Shown here: positions 1 through 9,720 of the stretch, one piece after another | Position numbering within the stretch: position 1 is the stretch's first letter | How the letters are laid out: every line of letters begins with the position of its first letter | Source of the DNA: a virus | Length of the DNA: 64,000 nucleotides | Virus record (IMG/VR): IMGVR_UViG_3300033146_004399 | Coordinates: 1-64,000 of that record | Reading direction: 5' to 3' (one strand) | Made by a program: the position numbers and the translations under genes | Notes under the pieces: generated by a model | What the model was told of the DNA's origin: nothing | Databases searched by the model: none | What the model saw: only the letters and a program-made list of their open reading frames with translations

Positions 1-1
1 T

Positions 2-133
2 ACTTGTTCAAATGGCTGCTCAACTAATTGTTCTTTAGGCTGTGGACAATCATGCCAAACAAGTTGTAAAGCAACATGTCTTAATGGATGTGAAAATTCA
101 TGTACTGCTTCGTGTGTAAATACTAATAGTTAA
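2..133 (+). CDS. 3' end of a CXXX-repeat (Cys every 4th residue) peptide/protein, putative radical SAM modification target; 5'-truncated by window edge
   Basis: Manual translation of frame 2: TCSNGCSTNCSLGCGQSCQTSCKATCLNGCENSCTASCVNTNS*, with 10 Cys at exact 4-residue spacing and TAA at 131-133. Not in the ORF track. Lies next to a CXXX-type maturase operon. Confidence 0.9.
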   Translation, partial: TCSNGCSTNCSLGCGQSCQTSCKATCLNGCENSCTASCVNTNS

Positions 134-165
134 AAAAAATCCTCTCTTTTTAGAGAGGATTTTTT
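132..165. terminator. Bidirectional intrinsic terminator
   Basis: Inverted repeat AAAAAATCCTCTCT-TTTT-AGAGAGGATTTTTT with A/T tracts on both sides, between convergent genes (stop at 133 on +, stop at 169 on -). Confidence 0.85.
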
Positions 166-168
166 AAA

Positions 169-426
169 TTACAACAGTTGAATTTTTTTGTTATCAAAAT
201 CAACATTCCAACTATTAGTAGGCGTTGTTTGAACGTTTAATCTTTTTTCAGTTTTAGAAAACCATTCATCATATTCTTTACGTGCTGTGATCAATTTATC
301 AACAATAGATTCAGCTATATTTTTGCTGTGATCATCTTTCGCGAGATTATTTAATGCAGCTAAACGTGTATTTAACTCATTAATCTCTTCAATTTCTTTG
401 TCAGTTAAATCAAATTCTTTAATCAT
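169..426 (-). CDS. CXXX-repeat peptide modification system small protein (TIGR04116-like)
   Basis: 85 aa with pattern LTDKEIEEINEL..R..AL.NL...Y.EW...W.VDF...I.L, matching my recollection of that family. In an operon with the CXXX-type rSAM. Confidence 0.65.
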   Translation of the reverse strand: MIKEFDLTDKEIEEINELNTRLAALNNLAKDDHSKNIAESIVDKLITARKEYDEWFSKTEKRLNVQTTPTNSWNVDFDNKKIQLL

Positions 427-430
427 AATA

Positions 431-706
431 TTACTCCTTTTTCGTTATATATATTTTTTTTTTAAAATCAACATAATTGCTTGGTGAAGAAACTACATTA
501 AATTTTTTATTTAAATTTTCAATCTCTTTATCAAAAGCCATTTTTGCTTCTACATAGTCATCAATATAAATATTTTCTATATTATCTATTGTATGAAGTA
601 TGCTTAAAAGTTCATATTTATAATATGTTGCTTTTAATATTTCTGTTTCTTTTTCAGTTAATTTAAATATTGAATTAAGTTCTAATGGTTTAAGTTGTAA
701 ATCCAA
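431..706 (-). CDS. Small protein, probable paralog of 169-426
   Basis: 91 aa; shares LTEKE.E.L and the C-terminal YVDFKKKIYI pattern with the neighbouring ORF; TTG start preceded by GGAGG. Confidence 0.5.
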   Translation of the reverse strand: MDLQLKPLELNSIFKLTEKETEILKATYYKYELLSILHTIDNIENIYIDDYVEAKMAFDKEIENLNKKFNVVSSPSNYVDFKKKIYITKKE

Positions 707-1662
707 TTTTGATTATCCTCCGCTAATTGTAAATAATTAATATAATAATTTTTTATTTTATTAACAAGACACATTTCATTATGAAGTGTAAAATATTCAG
801 TTTCAGCATCAAATTCGTCATTTAATTTATCGAGTATTTGAATCTCATCTAGTGTGATATTGTTTTGTATTTTATTAAATATATGTTTCTGGAATACTGA
901 AATAAAAGTTGTTTTTTTACATTCTGTAAATGCGGGTACTTTATATTCTGTTGTTTCGTTAAAATTAAAATAAATATTTCTATCACAGTAAAAAGTTTCA
1001 CAATTATGGCAAACTGTGTGTGGTTTTGATAAATGAATATATTTTTCATTAAAATTAAAATCTTCAATTTTAACGAAATGTGAAGATTTAGTCCAATATG
1101 ATATAGGATGTCTGTAGACATTTAATTTTGGTGATATGAATACTGAATTTTCTCCAAATGTTTCAAATTTTTCTTTATTAAAAAAACTTGTTAATTGTTT
1201 TATATGTTTATATTTTTTTTCATTAATATTTTTTATAATAAAATCTGCTAATATTTCAAATTGATCAGAAAGTATGTTTTTATCAAAATAATTTTTTATT
1301 TTAAAATCTATAAAACCAGCAGTATTATTATATAAATAAATCATTGATTTTAAAAAATTATTTTCGTCATCTACAATTAAAATAACATTATTAAAAGTAT
1401 TATTGTTAAAATCATTATATTGTGAAGTTTTTAAAATAGTAATATCAGCATTATAATTGTTTGATATCCAAGTATATTTATCAAAAAGTTTTTTTTCTGA
1501 TATATAAAAAATATTAAATTTTTCATTATTTTTTTTTAATATTTCTGACAATTTATCCATATCAGCGTTTATATTATCTTTTATATTATAATTAACGTCA
1601 TTATAATATACTAAATTTTCTGAATCTTCTATTTGAAAATAGAGATTAAATTCTTTATACAT
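682..1662 (-). CDS. CXXX-repeat peptide maturase-like accessory protein (TIGR04119-like, degenerate rSAM/SPASM)
   Basis: No CxxxCxxC. The C-terminal VCHNCETFYCDRNIYFNFNETTEYKVPAFTEC resembles the CxxC...C...N..T.E...P...C tail of this family. Translationally coupled to the upstream rSAM. Confidence 0.6.
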   Translation of the reverse strand: MYKEFNLYFQIEDSENLVYYNDVNYNIKDNINADMDKLSEILKKNNEKFNIFYISEKKLFDKYTWISNNYNADITILKTSQYNDFNNNTFNNVILIVDDENNFLKSMIYLYNNTAGFIDFKIKNYFDKNILSDQFEILADFIIKNINEKKYKHIKQLTSFFNKEKFETFGENSVFISPKLNVYRHPISYWTKSSHFVKIEDFNFNEKYIHLSKPHTVCHNCETFYCDRNIYFNFNETTEYKVPAFTECKKTTFISVFQKHIFNKIQNNITLDEIQILDKLNDEFDAETEYFTLHNEMCLVNKIKNYYINYLQLAEDNQNWIYNLNH

Positions 1663-2924
1663 TAAGTAAGTTCCTTATTTATTTTATTAACAAGTTCTCG
1701 ATTAATTTCTCTTTTTAGTTTAACTGCATATTTATATTGTAATTTTTGAAATTCACAATGATGTGTCGTTCGATAATAAACAGATTTAGTTTCTTCCCAC
1801 GACCCGCCATAACACATATGGCAAGATGATAATAAATCACAACTTAAACATTCATAATTTGAATTGTCTAAAGCATTTATAGAATGTAACGCTCTTAAAG
1901 GTCCTTCCACAAAATGATGTTTATTGATATTATAAGGTGAAGGTTCATTTAAAGAGTATGGTGACAACCTAAAACATGGATATATTTGTCCATCTACATC
2001 AATGGATCTCATAACCGCAGCACCGCAGTATGGTTTATTAGTAAAAGCATTTTGAATATTAATCTTTTTAGAATATAAATTAGAAGAATTTTGCTTATCA
2101 CCTAATACAATTGAATTTGTTTTATATTGAGGTATATGACGATCTCCTACCACAGAAACATATTTATTTTGTTCCCATAGTTTATATTTAATAATATAAT
2201 CTGTTAATAATATTAATTGTTCTTCATATATTTCAAGCGATATTTGCTTTTCTTTTTCAGAGCCCCAAACATCTTCAAATACAACATTCATATTTACTGT
2301 ATTTAAATTTAATTCATTCCATAAATATTTTGTTGATTCAAATATATATTTTAAAGTATCTGGCCCAATTGTAACTTTAGTTCCATAAATATTAAATTTT
2401 TTTTGATATTTACGGACATTACTTACAATTTTGTCCCAACTACCAGATCCGTCTGCTTTAACACGGTATAGATCATGTTGTTCTTTTATACCATCTACAG
2501 TCACTGATACAGACACTTTTCCAATTTTATTAATTTTTTCTACAATAGGTATTTTTTTCTCTAAAAGTAAACCATTAGTTCCTAAAGAGATTACCCATTT
2601 ATCATAGAAGCGAGGATATTTATATAATAATTTAAGAGATTCTTCTATAAGTTTATTTGTTCTTTTTATATTTACCCATGGTTCTGGATAAAATTCCAAT
2701 ATTATTCCGTTTTTAGCTCTATAAGAATGATTTGAGTTATTATGATAATAATCTAATAATTCATCTAATGAATTTAACACTTTATTTATATCATAATCAT
2801 TATCAGGACTTTTGTGCAAGTAACAATAAGAACACCTTAATGAACAATCTCTTGAAGTTATAACAGAAATTGATGTATAATTATTCAAATTACTAATTTC
2901 ATCTACATATTTTTTAAATTCCAT
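1662..2924 (-). CDS. Radical SAM/SPASM peptide maturase, CXXX-repeat target family (TIGR04115-like)
   Basis: CSLRCSYC motif; SVTVDGIKEQHDLYRV..DGSGSWDKI; SPASM CGAAVMRSIDVDGQIYPCFRL...CLSCDLLSSCHMC...YYRTTHHC. Confidence 0.85.
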   Translation of the reverse strand: MEFKKYVDEISNLNNYTSISVITSRDCSLRCSYCYLHKSPDNDYDINKVLNSLDELLDYYHNNSNHSYRAKNGIILEFYPEPWVNIKRTNKLIEESLKLLYKYPRFYDKWVISLGTNGLLLEKKIPIVEKINKIGKVSVSVTVDGIKEQHDLYRVKADGSGSWDKIVSNVRKYQKKFNIYGTKVTIGPDTLKYIFESTKYLWNELNLNTVNMNVVFEDVWGSEKEKQISLEIYEEQLILLTDYIIKYKLWEQNKYVSVVGDRHIPQYKTNSIVLGDKQNSSNLYSKKINIQNAFTNKPYCGAAVMRSIDVDGQIYPCFRLSPYSLNEPSPYNINKHHFVEGPLRALHSINALDNSNYECLSCDLLSSCHMCYGGSWEETKSVYYRTTHHCEFQKLQYKYAVKLKREINRELVNKINKELT

Positions 2925-2985
2925 ATATTTAATTATGCTTTAATTTTGGATATTTAATCAAATATGTTATAAAAAAGGAAATAAT

Positions 2986-3371
2986 ATGAAAATTATGTAT
3001 GTTTTATTATTATTGAAATTATAAATAGAGATAGTTTTGCTGTAGAAATTGATTTGTTAAGAAGTACTATCGATGGCTGGTGTGAAAAAGGTATATATGT
3101 TGAAACTCCTCAGTATAAATTTAATTATGTTGATTTAAATAGAAATTGATCAATAAAAAATTTAATTACAGATATTCATTACGGCGATAATAGCATAAAA
3201 CCTAGCACCGAAGAGTCTGCATCATTTTCAGAACCTGAAACAAAAACTATGTATTCATTTATTTTAAAATTAAAACATCAATATTTAGATTTAATTATAA
3301 TAATAAGTTATTATAGTTATACTCTTAACCATGATTCTAATTGGTATGATATAATCAGTTTATATTTATAA
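2986..3371 (+). pseudogene. Zinc carboxypeptidase (M14 family) remnant
   Basis: Frame reads YVDLNRN*(TGA 3147-3149)S...HYG...SASFSEPETKTMYSFI, the M14 DLNRNW and FSEPET motifs. The ATG at 2986 (after AAGGA) is out of frame with the motifs. Confidence 0.7.
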
Positions 3372-4130
3372 CAATGGTAACTGTATTGCAGTAGATAAAA
3401 TCTTTAAAAATAGCTGCAATATGTTGTAACACAAATAATTACAAATTAGTAGAAAAATGGACCAAATATGAAATAAATGATGAATTTATAAATTAAACAG
3501 GAGAGTAAAATACAACAGCTATAGATGTAGAACCTCTTAATAATAAAAATATATATTTTTCATTTGAAGAAACAAATAATTATATATTAAATTTTGATGC
3601 TATTCAAACATTACGCCAACAGTAAACATAATTTATTATATTGTAATAAAAAGTGTTCTTATTTGAATTTAATTATAAATTCAACACCTTTATTTTTCTC
3701 ACTTATACATTCTATCACACCGCAAGATTTCTCATATATAAGTGTATAAACTATATTTAAGCCTAAACCAGTGAATCCTCTTCCTCTCTTAGTTGTATAG
3801 AATGGTTCATATATTTTACTTATATCTTCTATACCTATACCGTTATCTTTGTAGATTAAACACCAATTATCTCCACATTTATCAAAACTAATGTTTATTA
3901 AACCTTTTTCCACCCCTTCGAACCTATGATCAATCGAATTGGTAACAAAGTTTGTTAACACCTGTGCAAGAGCTGAAGGGAATGTCTCAATTTCAACGTC
4001 TAATATATCCAACTCATATGTATGCTTCGTCATTTTAAACCCTGGATAAAGAGAGTGCATTATTGAACTTATATACTCTTTAACATTTATAACTCTTTTG
4101 TTTTCTGTTGCTTGATCAATAGATATATCC

Positions 4131-4547
<417 letters not shown>

Positions 4548-4582
4548 ATCGATATTATCTTAAGTATTTATTAAATTAAGTT

Positions 4583-5545
4583 TTATTTATGAGGAAAACT
4601 ATAATTTTTAATATATTGAGGTATATTATATTCAATACCTAAATCGTCTTCATATAATATTTTATAAGTTAGATTATGCTCAGCGCAGTATTTTCTAGCA
4701 GCTTCTGCTTTAGCTTCTTTTTTAGTTTTATTTAAATAAAACACATTGTATGAATTTACTTCAATCAAATTTTTATTATTTATTAAAAAATCCGGTAAAT
4801 ATGTATGTTTTTCACCATTCACTTCATATGGAATACACGGATAATCTGTTTTATATTCGTTAACAGTATCATCACCTTCTAATTGTTCCATATATTTTAG
4901 TTCTAATTTTGATCTATAATGAATATATTTATTGTTTTTAATACTCCAATATTTACCAATAAATTTTCCCGTGGTCTTTCTTGTTCCGTCCGCAAAAGCT
5001 TTTCTATGCACCGCAGATATTTTTCGTTTCGTTTCTTCAGATAATGGAATACCTCGATGGCCTGCTGCAGATTTTTCTACTTGCTCTGGTGGAAGTTTTC
5101 GCCCAGTTAAAGCCTTCTTGACAGCCTCTTTTTGTTTAACAGTTTTATTTCTTTTAATAGCATTTTCAGACGCCTTCTTTCTAAATTCTTCTGTTTGTGA
5201 AGGGTGAGTACCATCTTTGGCACGTTGCCTTGTTATTTCAGCCATTTTTTTTCTTGCTTCCGGATCGTTAGCCCATCTAGCTTTACCACTTTCAGACAAT
5301 TTTAATTTAGTTTCTTTAGACGCCTTCTTACCCTTATTAGCAACAGCTGATTTTTCTGCTCTCCGTTTCTTTAATACTTCAGATGTAATTTCTGCGCCAT
5401 ACTTCTTCATATATTCACGAGGTTTAATTTCAGGATGTTTGAAACGTATATGATTCTGAATAGTTGTAGGATGAGTATACCCGCAGATTTGACATATAAC
5501 ATCTTTCTCAAATTTAATAGAACAAATTACTTTTTTATTAGTCAT
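4583..5545 (-). CDS. Putative homing endonuclease: zinc finger + NUMOD3-like repeats + PD-(D/E)XK (TnsA-like) nuclease
   Basis: CQICG...HIRFKH; SKETKLKLSE and LSEETKRKISA repeats; YRSKLE...IPY...HTYLPDFLI...LIEV. Confidence 0.75.
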   Translation of the reverse strand: MTNKKVICSIKFEKDVICQICGYTHPTTIQNHIRFKHPEIKPREYMKKYGAEITSEVLKKRRAEKSAVANKGKKASKETKLKLSESGKARWANDPEARKKMAEITRQRAKDGTHPSQTEEFRKKASENAIKRNKTVKQKEAVKKALTGRKLPPEQVEKSAAGHRGIPLSEETKRKISAVHRKAFADGTRKTTGKFIGKYWSIKNNKYIHYRSKLELKYMEQLEGDDTVNEYKTDYPCIPYEVNGEKHTYLPDFLINNKNLIEVNSYNVFYLNKTKKEAKAEAARKYCAEHNLTYKILYEDDLGIEYNIPQYIKNYSFPHK

Positions 5546-5652
5546 AGCATATCTCCTATATATCTTATAAGAAATATGCTTTTGATGTCGCTTTTAATTG
5601 AAATTGGAGAAAAGAAATAAACATTTAACTCCAAGACCAATTAAATACTACG

Positions 5653-6426
5653 TCAAAATTTCCAACTCCAATTGAAGACCACGTCAATTGATTCATCTTT
5701 AACTATACCTCTGAAAGTTCTATAAGAAAGCATCATACCAGTTCTCATGTTAACATTATCACCAACTTTAAGAGCAGCATCACAAAAAAGACCAGCTTCA
5801 GATATTACTTTTCCATTATATGGGTAAGAAGCATCACCTCCTGGAAGTTTAACCGAATAAGTTACTTTATTAATAGTATTAGACGAAGCTTCTGAAAGAA
5901 CAATATGCTGTGTAGTTATTGTTCTGTCTATAACAACAAAAGGATTTGTACTATCAAAACCCACAAGTTCAGTTGCATCTGTCTGAACATCTTCTTTAGG
6001 ATTTAATGAAGCATCCAAACCACCTGTACCAAATCTCATTTTTGTAGGGAAGAAAGGATATATAGGAGTCCCGTTTACAATATTAGCATCTAACGAATCA
6101 CCAGTCAAAACATCTCTTTTCTGTACTAAACCATTAAGAGAATTACTATAAGTCCATGGGCTAGAAGTTATGAGATTAGTGTTACTGCCGTCTTCGTAAT
6201 GATTTATTGTATAAGGTGTTCCCCCAACATCATTTACTTCTTCACCGTGATTTCCCCAAGTACAAAATGGTCTTCCAGCACTAAGGAAAGCTATAGAATG
6301 TTTAGCCCAATCCTGCAATTGATTATGGTCATCATCGTGTCTTATTATTTCTCCAGTATGGTGATCACTGACAATAACCTCTAGTGAACCATATGGTAAT
6401 TTAAAATTTTCTGTAAATCCAAACAT
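5653..6426 (-). CDS. Phage baseplate/tail-fibre attachment structural protein
   Basis: MRFGTGG...ISEAGLF...YRTF..IVKD...FNWSWKF pattern; last gene of the baseplate run. Confidence 0.6.
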   Translation of the reverse strand: MFGFTENFKLPYGSLEVIVSDHHTGEIIRHDDDHNQLQDWAKHSIAFLSAGRPFCTWGNHGEEVNDVGGTPYTINHYEDGSNTNLITSSPWTYSNSLNGLVQKRDVLTGDSLDANIVNGTPIYPFFPTKMRFGTGGLDASLNPKEDVQTDATELVGFDSTNPFVVIDRTITTQHIVLSEASSNTINKVTYSVKLPGGDASYPYNGKVISEAGLFCDAALKVGDNVNMRTGMMLSYRTFRGIVKDESIDVVFNWSWKF

Positions 6427-6450
6427 ATATAATCTCCTTAATTCTTATCT

Positions 6451-9400
6451 TTATACATCTATTGTAAATTGCATAATATCTTGGTAGTCAGACCAATCTT
6501 TATTATGTTTTTTGTATTTGTAAGCCCAATAATATATATTATTAGGTAAGTTTAACCTCACTTCAGTTGATGTAGTTTTTAAATTAAAAACTACATCAGT
6601 AAAATTAACGTCTCGTGCAACAATAATTTCATATTTTTCGACATTTAATCCGATTTTCCATCTAATACTAAAATTTATAGATGTTAACACTCCAGTTGAT
6701 TCTTCGTATACAGGTTCTATATATTGATAATTTAAATCATTTAATATTTGCCCATCATATGGGAAAAGAATACTATTTATTTCAAATCTATATATAGGAG
6801 ACCATTGACCCCAATCAAATTTGTTAGCAGTTATTGCTAATAAACTAATAAATCTGTCTTCTTGTTGAACGGTTAAATTCACTCTTTTTGTATATACAGT
6901 TCCATCAAACGTGAAATATTCAGTTTTAAAATTTGTGTCTCCCGGCTCCAACCATCTGTCTTCGGCTAAAAAAGTAGCTTCATATATTAAGAGTTCATTT
7001 ATAGATTGTTCAATTCCATTAATTTTTTCTATAGACCACTCATTAACATTAAGATTGTTTTTAGTTCTTATTCGCCAATAATAATTATCATTATCTAGTA
7101 TAACATTTTGAATATTAGTAGTTGTATTGTTCAAGAATTCATTTAATAAAATATTACTAAAATTGATATCTTTAGACACTTGAATCCAATAACCTTCTTG
7201 CGCTAATATTTCTTCCCATATAAAATTTATATTATTAACTCCTAATACCATACTAGGTGCAGGAACTACATTTATTGGATATGATGGGTAGGGACGATAA
7301 GAATAATTGAGCCATTTATTATATCTATCGTCTATAGCATGAAACCATGTTGCCGGTTCATTATGATATATATAATATTTTTCACTATCTTCTATTTTAT
7401 ATAAATCACCATCTGTAGCTGTAAAGAGAATTAGTTCTGAATATGTAGAAAATATATGATCTTCGGCAACAACCGGTGGATTAATATAAGTTACTAATTC
7501 CCATATTGGCGCAGGGTCTTTATATATATAATATAAATTTGTCTCTTCTACATAAGCTATTGTGCCTACTTCTTCTATAGTTGGAAGGTCTATATAATTA
7601 ATGTAGATATCATCATAATCTAAATCGTTAACATTTTTAATTACTATATCTAAATTATCAAAGTTTAAATATTTTGCCCCATTGTGATAAACATTTGTTA
7701 TGTGGGATGGATGTCCTGGTTGTCTAATATAGACGCCGTCATGTTTAAGAAAAGCTCCAACAGTATCATCTCCACCTAAATTCATATTATTTGTTATTGA
7801 AACAAACATAGAATCACTTTGCATATATGACATTTTATTATTACCATCTAGTGTATAGAAATAATCTTCAACATTTTCATAAGGGAAAAATTCTCCATTT
7901 TCCGTATTACCAAATGTTTTTGTAATTTCAGCCTCTAAATACTCATCGACATTTTCCATTATATTAACATTTTCAATCCATGGTAGAAGATTAATATTAA
8001 CCCATGTAAATAAATAAGTTGGAGATAGAAAGCGTATATACTTTTTAATCGTCTCATTATCCGTTGACGAAAGATTAACTTTATCAAAGAATGGATTGAG
8101 TTGATATTCTATTAAATTAGTTTTAAAATATTTCCATGGATTAGAATGATATTTTTGTTCCAGATTGTTATATGATTCTACACCAAGCATATAATTTACA
8201 GGATTTGAACAACCATTAGTAAGAAGAGTATCGTATTCTAGTGACCAATCATTTAGATTTCTAATTTGTTCTAAATTTGGAGCTGGACTATTATAATCGG
8301 TTTCATATATAGGGTTTAAAGTTGTTAAATAATATTCTACATTTTCGACATCTATACTTGGAAAACCTTCTGGATTTTTAACGTCTCTATTGAAATAAAA
8401 TTCTTTGAGATTAACGTTAAAACCAAGGAATTTGAAAAAGAATGAGAAGGAATAATTTGTACCTTTAATTTTATAAATTTCAATTATATTTTTTAATAAT
8501 TCTCTAAATGATACATTTGAGAGAGCAAAATCTTCTTTTTCATACCCAAGCATTTGACCTAAGTATTCTAACAACTCATCCGGTGTTTCATCAATATCAT
8601 ATACGTCTTGAAGACGAATCAATTTATCTTCAAGTTGATCCAATTTTCTGCCTATACTTTCCATGAAAAGTTTTATCTTTGGCTCTTCTTTCATTAAATC
8701 TCTATCATATTCAGGAATGAATTGCCAAATATTTTTTTCATAAAAATTGTCAGTAACACCATATCTGTAAAGATATACAGTCATATTTAAAAGTTCTAAA
8801 AGATTAGTATGAAGTGCAGATTGATATTGATTCCATGGCGGAGACATGCCCATATCCACAAGACCATAAAGAGAAGCAATTATATCTATTAAATCTTCGC
8901 CTAGTACTTCATATATATCACCTAAAATAGGATTTGGCATGAGGTCAGATATTCGTATAACAGTGCCAACGGCCGTTGTACTCTCTACTTTCTCCCAAAC
9001 AACATTACCATCGTTATCTTCTACAGCCATAAAATATCCACTTTCATCTTCCCAAACTTTATATCCATGTTGCTGGTAAAGAGAATCTAAATATACAAGT
9101 CTAGATTTGTCTCTAGATTCTGGATCTTCTGCCCAAAAACCGTCCCATATATAATATTTTCCTGGGTATGGGTTGGACACAAAATAAATATCACCTTGAT
9201 TTAAATTTATTGTAGGAAGATTTGCATATTCTGTAACTTCACCTTTGACGGGATTATCTTGGTCTGGTTCAAATGATGTAGGAGTTTTAGATTTATAAAT
9301 AGTTTGCAAATCATATTCTACTATTTTATCATGATTGAGGATAAAAAATTCAGCAACTCTTTTAATACCATCGATATCAATACCAAATTCTTCATACATC

Positions 9401-9480
9401 TGAGAGAGAGCAGGATGTTTTTTGAAAAGTTGATATACACGTTGTGTTGTATCATAATATATTCTTGCCACTATTCCCAC
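6451..9480 (-). CDS. Baseplate wedge protein (P2 gpI / T4 gp7-like) with added repeat domains
   Basis: YDIDETPDELLEYLGQMLGY...FRELLKNIIEIYKIKGT motif; follows the gp6-like gene; GTG start. Confidence 0.75.
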   Translation of the reverse strand: MGIVARIYYDTTQRVYQLFKKHPALSQMYEEFGIDIDGIKRVAEFFILNHDKIVEYDLQTIYKSKTPTSFEPDQDNPVKGEVTEYANLPTINLNQGDIYFVSNPYPGKYYIWDGFWAEDPESRDKSRLVYLDSLYQQHGYKVWEDESGYFMAVEDNDGNVVWEKVESTTAVGTVIRISDLMPNPILGDIYEVLGEDLIDIIASLYGLVDMGMSPPWNQYQSALHTNLLELLNMTVYLYRYGVTDNFYEKNIWQFIPEYDRDLMKEEPKIKLFMESIGRKLDQLEDKLIRLQDVYDIDETPDELLEYLGQMLGYEKEDFALSNVSFRELLKNIIEIYKIKGTNYSFSFFFKFLGFNVNLKEFYFNRDVKNPEGFPSIDVENVEYYLTTLNPIYETDYNSPAPNLEQIRNLNDWSLEYDTLLTNGCSNPVNYMLGVESYNNLEQKYHSNPWKYFKTNLIEYQLNPFFDKVNLSSTDNETIKKYIRFLSPTYLFTWVNINLLPWIENVNIMENVDEYLEAEITKTFGNTENGEFFPYENVEDYFYTLDGNNKMSYMQSDSMFVSITNNMNLGGDDTVGAFLKHDGVYIRQPGHPSHITNVYHNGAKYLNFDNLDIVIKNVNDLDYDDIYINYIDLPTIEEVGTIAYVEETNLYYIYKDPAPIWELVTYINPPVVAEDHIFSTYSELILFTATDGDLYKIEDSEKYYIYHNEPATWFHAIDDRYNKWLNYSYRPYPSYPINVVPAPSMVLGVNNINFIWEEILAQEGYWIQVSKDINFSNILLNEFLNNTTTNIQNVILDNDNYYWRIRTKNNLNVNEWSIEKINGIEQSINELLIYEATFLAEDRWLEPGDTNFKTEYFTFDGTVYTKRVNLTVQQEDRFISLLAITANKFDWGQWSPIYRFEINSILFPYDGQILNDLNYQYIEPVYEESTGVLTSINFSIRWKIGLNVEKYEIIVARDVNFTDVVFNLKTTSTEVRLNLPNNIYYWAYKYKKHNKDWSDYQDIMQFTIDV

Positions 9481-9720
9481 CCTTTTATTTTACTTAAATA
9501 AGGAGCTATAGCTCCCAATGCTATTTGTGTGTTTTCTAAGTTAAATATATGATCTATTATTATATTCTTCTTTTTAAAATATCCATTATCAATTAACATT
9601 TTTAACACCGCGTTTCATACAATTATTAAAATTTTTATGATTTATTACTTTATCATAATAATAATCAAGAGAGCCAAATATGAGGCCATTTTCAATATAT
9701 AAAAATATATATTTCATCAT
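9471..9720 (-). pseudogene. Small hypothetical gene broken by a 1-nt frameshift
   Basis: ATGA-coupled to the gp6-like stop; MKYIFLYIENG...CMKRGVK continues as MLIDNGYF...KIKGWE* after a shift in the T5 run at 9599-9603. Confidence 0.4.

Noticed and set aside
3147-3149. TGA at a conserved Trp position, suggesting genetic code 4 (TGA=Trp)
   Set aside because: TGA acts as a stop in many coupled ATGA overlaps, long genes are intact under code 11 using TGG, and the same region also has a frameshift.
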